A stretch of DNA of 18,178 nt, taken from Armatimonadia bacterium. Lineage in GTDB: Bacteria > Armatimonadota > Zipacnadia > Zipacnadales > UBA11051. Within the stretch, counting starts at the first letter, position 1, and each line of letters begins with the position of its first letter. The notes beneath the pieces were generated by a model that saw nothing but the letters and a program-made list of their open reading frames with translations, was not told where the DNA came from and searched no databases. A program made the position numbers and the translations under genes. The DNA lies in contig JBDKRC010000028.1 in NCBI GenBank assembly GCA_039683575.1, positions 1 through 18,178 on the forward strand. Reading direction: 5' to 3'. Positions 13,782-18,178 of the stretch are shown in pieces.

Positions 13782-16700
13782 ATGATGATGCATCGTCTGG
13801 CTTACATGCTGCTCCTCCTCGTTACCCTTCCCGCGTATGCCCAGGACCCAATGGTGTTTGAGGCAGAAACCTGCTCCACGCCCACGACAGCCTGGCTCGC
13901 GGACCGCTCGCAGCCGGACAAGTGGACCCTCTGGAGCACGGACGACGATGCCCAGAAGAAATGGTCCGGTGGCGTGGTGCTTCAATCACCGCCGGTACTG
14001 AAGGACCGCGAGAAGCCCGAGGATGGCGCACCGGTTCTCCACACAGTCCTCACGGGCATCCCCAAGGGCGAATGGTTTATCACCATCAAGTACGCCCGCG
14101 CTCTCGCTGTCTCGCTTGATGGGACGACCTGGCAGCGCCTCGACGACCTTGGCGGGCGCCTTGGCAGGTTCGAGATCGCCAAGGGTACGTTTGAGTTCTG
14201 GGTGGATGACCGCTATGCGACGCCACAGGCTCCTGGCGCGACTTACTATGACAGCATCACACTGACCCCGGCGGCCCCAGAGCGCAACGGTGTCGCGAAC
14301 GGCGACTTCGAGTATGGCAGCGATGCCGCGCACAGTGGCTGGTCGTGGTCTACCCGCGAGAAGACCGGTTCCGCTGAGATCGTGGCTGCGGGCCATCAGG
14401 GGCGGGGACTGAAGCTGCAGTATGATGGCGAAAAGGACTGGACACTGAGCAACTCTGCAAGCGCCGGCCTCGCCGTCAGGCAAGGCCAGACCTGGCGGCT
14501 TTCCGGCTGGATCAAGTGCAAGGACACGACCCATCTCGATCTGGTCGTGATGGGTATGCTCAACGGTCGTACGGTAGACTACGGCCTGGCCTCCGACGCC
14601 TTTGAGGGCACCACTGACTGGAAGCGCCTGGAAGCCACAGCGGTCATCCCGCGAGACTGCGACCACATTCTCGTGCGGCTGGCCGGCTATGGCAAGCTGC
14701 AGGCGTGGGTTGATGACATCAAGCTGACGCCGGGGCCAGCGGCAGCGGCGTCTCGACCCAAAGTGAAGGTCAACGGCTGGGCACGGTCGCGGGTGGCAGA
14801 GAAGCTTGGTCGAGGCATGGTTGCAGTGCCTACCGAGGATAAGCGGGTGTACGTGGGCTGGCGCCTGCTTGCCACTGACCCCGAAAACGTGGCCTTCAAC
14901 GTCTATCGCGCAGTCGGGCGCGGTGTTCCTGCGAAGCTGAACGACCGGCCGCTTACCCGCACCACGGACTTCGTAGACGCCCAACCTGCCCTGGAGCAGA
15001 ACTGCACCTACTGGGTGCGAGCGGTGTGCGGGGGCAAAGAGCAGCCGCCGTCTGAACAGGCACTTCTCCCCGCCAATCCTGCTCCCAAGCCCTGCCTGAC
15101 TATCAAGCTCAAAGGCGACTACGCGGCTGTGGCGGCTGGTGTGGGTGACCTGGACGGTGACGGGCGGCTCGACTTCGTGATCAAGCAACCTGCCTACAGC
15201 ATTGACCCCGGAGACGGCTACTGGGAGCGTGGCAAAGACACCTACAAGCTCGAAGCCTATCGCTCCGACGGCACCTTCCTATGGCGCAAGGACCTCGGCT
15301 GGGGCATTGAGCAGGGAATCTGGTACGCGCCATACCTGGTATACGACTTCGATGGCGACGGGCAGGCCGAAGTGGCTGCCAAGACCAGCGAGGGGGACCC
15401 TCGCGGCGCGGACGGGCATGTCAACAGCGGTCCGGAATACCTCTCGATCTACGATGGAAAGACCGGGCGCGAGGAGTGCCGCGTCAACTGGCCCAGCCGC
15501 AGAGACTTCGGCTACGGCCTAAGCGGCTACAACTACGCCTCCCGCAACCAGCTTGGCATAGCCTACCTCGATGGAAAGACCCCTTGCCTTCTCGTAGCTC
15601 GCGGTACGTACACTGTGATGAAGCTTATTGCGTACCAGTACCGCGCGGGCAAGCTTCAGGAGCTCTGGCAGTGGAGCAATCGTGAGGAAGGAGTGGCCTG
15701 GCGCGGACAGGGCGCTCACTGGATGCACTCGGGCGACCTCGACGCCGATGGCCGCGACGAAGTGGTCCTCGGCTCCTGTGTGGTTGATGACGATGGTCAC
15801 GGGCTTTGGAACACGGGCCTCGGCCATCCGGATTTCTGCTTCCTGGGCGATCTCGATCCCTCTCGTCCCGGTCTGGAGATCAGTTATGTCATCGAGCCGC
15901 CTCAGCAAAAGAACGGCGCGTGCATGGTTGACGCTCGCACCGGCGAGATACTATGGGGCTATCCGGAACGCAGCTACCATGTCGGCCAAGGCACGACGGC
16001 CGATATCGACCCGACGCAACCAGGCTGCGAGACCTGGGCCACCGAGATGGGCAATGGCGATCCCAAAGGCAATAACTACGGTGGGGCGCCTCCTCGGTGG
16101 CTCTTCTCCGCGAGAGGCGAGATACTGGCACGGGACGCTGGCGTGCCGCCCTTCACGGCTATCTACTGGGATGCCGATTCGCAGCGTGAGCTGTGCGCCG
16201 GAGCGCGGGTCGAGAAGTACCGCGGCCAGGCCCTCACCAATGCAATCGAGGGTAACCAGATCGCCTGGGGGGACTTCCTCGGTGACTGGCGCGAGGAGAT
16301 CATCACCTCCGTGCCCGGCGAACTGCGCATCTATACCACCACTATCCCCGCCACCGACCGCCGTACCTGCCTGCTACAGGACCCCATCTACCGCGCCGAC
16401 GTCGCCCACCTTACCATGGGCTATATCAAGCCGCCCACGCCGGGCGCTTTCCTGGCACAGCTCAGTCCCGCGCTGTGGGTCTCTGCGCCCCAGTCAACGA
16501 TCAAGCACGGTCAACCCCTGACTGCGAAGGTGGTGCTGGCAGCCTCTGCCAGCGAGCCCGTCCATGGAACCGTCCGTCTCGAAGCTCCCGCCGGCCTCAC
16601 CGTCACTCCGGCCTCCGTGCCTCTGGACGTACCTGCGGGCCGCAGCGGAGAGGCTACCTTCCAGATCGCGCTCAAAGACAAGCCAGCGCCCCTGACCGCC

Positions 16701-17216
16701 CGCGCAGCCTACAACATACGGGCAGTCATGGAAGGTGCGCTGCCGCTGGAAAGCCGCCTCTCACTGAAGGTTGAGGACGAACCGCTGCAGGACGCGCTAA
16801 TCGTGCAGGCCGAGGGGTTCACGGGGCAGGGAGGAGGGGAGGTCATGCTGCGTGAGGACAAGGTCGGCGCCATGGGCAAGGCCTTCTCCCACTGGGACGC
16901 CAAGGGGCATTGGCTGAGCTGGCAAGTGACGGTGCCTGAAGCAGGGAAGTACCTGCTCGTGCTACGCTACTGCACTCCGCTGACAGCCCAGCGCGAGGTC
17001 CAGGTGGATTCCAGCGCTCCCTTCGTCGCGCTCTTCCCTGGTACCGGAGGCTTCGGCAGCGCCACTGCCAACGAGTGGGCCCACTATGTGGTCCACACGC
17101 CCGATCAGAAATGGCTGACCCTCGACCTAAGCGCGGGCACGCACACGATCAAGCTGACGAACGCCGATGGCCGAGGCATGAACCTCGATTACTTGGCACT
17201 CTACCCGGTGCGCTAA
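13782..17216 (+). CDS. Secreted multidomain PL11 (YesW/YesX rhamnogalacturonan-lyase)-like protein: unknown beta-sandwich + CBM4/9-like + PL11 beta-propeller + Ig-like + CBM6/35-like
   Basis: 1144 aa with a signal peptide ending PAYA. Three tandem ATGs follow TAGGAG; 13785 gives the best spacing. PL11 motifs EKLGRGMVAV, VYVGWRLLATDP...FNVYR, GDLDGDG, VYDFDGDG.AEVA.KT, GPEYLSIYDGKTG, AYLDGKTP..LVARG.YT, GQGAH, TGLGHPD, GDLDPSRPGLE, GDFLGDWREEII and LRIYTTT...DP.YR (about 14799-16455). CBM4/9-like NGDFE...WRLSGWIK...GTTDWK...WVDDIKL. C-terminal QAEGF...WLSWQVTVPEAGKY...L.AGTHTIKL...MNLDYL. Confidence 0.88.
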   Translation: MMMHRLAYMLLLLVTLPAYAQDPMVFEAETCSTPTTAWLADRSQPDKWTLWSTDDDAQKKWSGGVVLQSPPVLKDREKPEDGAPVLHTVLTGIPKGEWFITIKYARALAVSLDGTTWQRLDDLGGRLGRFEIAKGTFEFWVDDRYATPQAPGATYYDSITLTPAAPERNGVANGDFEYGSDAAHSGWSWSTREKTGSAEIVAAGHQGRGLKLQYDGEKDWTLSNSASAGLAVRQGQTWRLSGWIKCKDTTHLDLVVMGMLNGRTVDYGLASDAFEGTTDWKRLEATAVIPRDCDHILVRLAGYGKLQAWVDDIKLTPGPAAAASRPKVKVNGWARSRVAEKLGRGMVAVPTEDKRVYVGWRLLATDPENVAFNVYRAVGRGVPAKLNDRPLTRTTDFVDAQPALEQNCTYWVRAVCGGKEQPPSEQALLPANPAPKPCLTIKLKGDYAAVAAGVGDLDGDGRLDFVIKQPAYSIDPGDGYWERGKDTYKLEAYRSDGTFLWRKDLGWGIEQGIWYAPYLVYDFDGDGQAEVAAKTSEGDPRGADGHVNSGPEYLSIYDGKTGREECRVNWPSRRDFGYGLSGYNYASRNQLGIAYLDGKTPCLLVARGTYTVMKLIAYQYRAGKLQELWQWSNREEGVAWRGQGAHWMHSGDLDADGRDEVVLGSCVVDDDGHGLWNTGLGHPDFCFLGDLDPSRPGLEISYVIEPPQQKNGACMVDARTGEILWGYPERSYHVGQGTTADIDPTQPGCETWATEMGNGDPKGNNYGGAPPRWLFSARGEILARDAGVPPFTAIYWDADSQRELCAGARVEKYRGQALTNAIEGNQIAWGDFLGDWREEIITSVPGELRIYTTTIPATDRRTCLLQDPIYRADVAHLTMGYIKPPTPGAFLAQLSPALWVSAPQSTIKHGQPLTAKVVLAASASEPVHGTVRLEAPAGLTVTPASVPLDVPAGRSGEATFQIALKDKPAPLTARAAYNIRAVMEGALPLESRLSLKVEDEPLQDALIVQAEGFTGQGGGEVMLREDKVGAMGKAFSHWDAKGHWLSWQVTVPEAGKYLLVLRYCTPLTAQREVQVDSSAPFVALFPGTGGFGSATANEWAHYVVHTPDQKWLTLDLSAGTHTIKLTNADGRGMNLDYLALYPVR

Positions 17217-17246
17217 CCAGTCTGAAGCCCGTTTGGAGGCGCCAGC

Positions 17247-18041
17247 ATGAACTACGGCATTGCTATCTGGAATTTCGTCGAAGAGGGCATTCGCCTGCCG
17301 GACCTGATGGACGACTTCCAGGGGTTCGGCTTTGACACGATCTCATTCTCTGCCTGGCAACTGCTGCGCGTGCCCGAGGAAGGACGGGAGGCGGCCCAGG
17401 CGCTCCAGGAGCTTGGGCTGCGAGCGACAGTGCACGCAAGCTTTGATCTGACCGGCGATGATGCCCGGCGGATCAGCGACTTGCTCGGCCCAGACCTCCT
17501 GACGCTGACCTTCGATGCCACGATGAGCGAGGAATCCCGAGGGCGGTTCTTTGACGCGGCTCGCATGGTCAAGCTGCTTGTGGAGGTGGGAGGGATTCTG
17601 GAGCCGGTAGGGACCAGATACGGTGTCGAGGACTTCCCGCTGGATGCCCTGGCCCTTGACTACTACCGGGATGACCTCGCGCCGCTGCTCGAGCGACCGG
17701 GGTACGGAATGCTGGTGGACCTCGGGCACCTTAACATGCGGGTTACTGCCCAGCCATACTTCCACCGCCTCGGCGTGGCGGAGTATATCCGGGGCCTGCC
17801 CTTGCCGATCCTCGAGGTGCACGTCCACGACAACCACGGCGACCGCGACAGCCATGCTCACCTGGGCTTTGGCAATGGCGACTTCACCACGATGGCCGCG
17901 GCGCTGCGTGAAAAGGGCTTCGCCGGTGTCTCGACCATTGAGATCGCCCCGACCTTCCATGGGAGCACCCCGGCGGAGGACCGGCCACGGGCGCAGGAGA
18001 GCCTGAAGCTCTGGCGCAATCTGCTTGAGGCGAAGCCCTGA
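17247..18041 (+). CDS. Sugar phosphate isomerase/epimerase family protein (xylose-isomerase-like TIM barrel)
   Basis: 264 aa, GGAGG 7 nt upstream, 30 bp after the PL11-like stop. Metal-ligand motifs GVED, VDLGH, EVHVHDNHGDRDSH..LGFG.GDF and TIE. Confidence 0.88.
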   Translation: MNYGIAIWNFVEEGIRLPDLMDDFQGFGFDTISFSAWQLLRVPEEGREAAQALQELGLRATVHASFDLTGDDARRISDLLGPDLLTLTFDATMSEESRGRFFDAARMVKLLVEVGGILEPVGTRYGVEDFPLDALALDYYRDDLAPLLERPGYGMLVDLGHLNMRVTAQPYFHRLGVAEYIRGLPLPILEVHVHDNHGDRDSHAHLGFGNGDFTTMAAALREKGFAGVSTIEIAPTFHGSTPAEDRPRAQESLKLWRNLLEAKP

Positions 18042-18062
18042 GACGTATTGAGCGCGATGGCC

Positions 18063-18178
18063 TCAGAAGACGCTCTGCTCGACCCCGAAGGCTTTGCAGA
18101 CCCGCAGCAGTTCTTCGCGCGATAGGCCCTCGGCCAACCCGTGGTTGGTCAGGTTGAGGTACTCATAGAGCGCGCCTG
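18063..18178 (-). CDS. 3' end of an unidentified protein entering from the right edge (partial)
   Basis: Minus-strand frame reads ...GALYEYLNLTNHGLAEGLSREELLRVCKAFGVEQSVF* with GC3-rich codons. TGA at 18063-18065 converges on the 18041 stop across a 21-bp gap. Too short to assign. Confidence 0.55.
   Translation of the reverse strand, partial: GALYEYLNLTNHGLAEGLSREELLRVCKAFGVEQSVF

Noticed and set aside
15140..15860. Recurring GGCGACCTCGAC/GACGGCGAC-like nucleotide repeats
   Set aside because: They encode the DxDxDG Ca-binding loops of the PL11 propeller; they are not a CRISPR array or DNA repeat element.

Overview
GC-rich bacterial DNA, densely coding, containing a carbohydrate-catabolism cluster. 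There are 11 genes: 9 complete, plus 2 that run off the window edges and are missing from the ORF track. Three large modular enzymes carry signal peptides: a DUF4838 protein with a CBM9-like tail, a GH141-like beta-helix protein with an internal CBM6/35-like module and a CBM9-like tail, and a PL11 (YesW/YesX)-like beta-propeller with several accessory beta-sandwich modules. The apparently cytoplasmic enzymes are a DUF6259 glycosidase-like TIM barrel, two Gfo/Idh/MocA NAD(P)-binding proteins, two xylose-isomerase-like TIM-barrel metalloenzymes and a Zn-dependent dehydrogenase. There is also an MdtG-like MFS transporter. No rRNA, tRNA, CRISPR or mobile element was seen. Most notable observations: (1) the left-edge Gfo/Idh/MocA protein carries the YPTH and GGHGG motifs of NAD+-dependent GH109 glycosidases; (2) the PL11-like domain keeps the metal-site residues but seems to have lost the basic uronate-binding residues; (3) the CBM inserted in the GH141-like protein looks circularly permuted; (4) a SigH-like promoter motif, G[CG]AGG-N-N17/18-GAA[GC], recurs upstream of most transcription units. 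All family assignments come from motifs recognised by eye, not from database searches.
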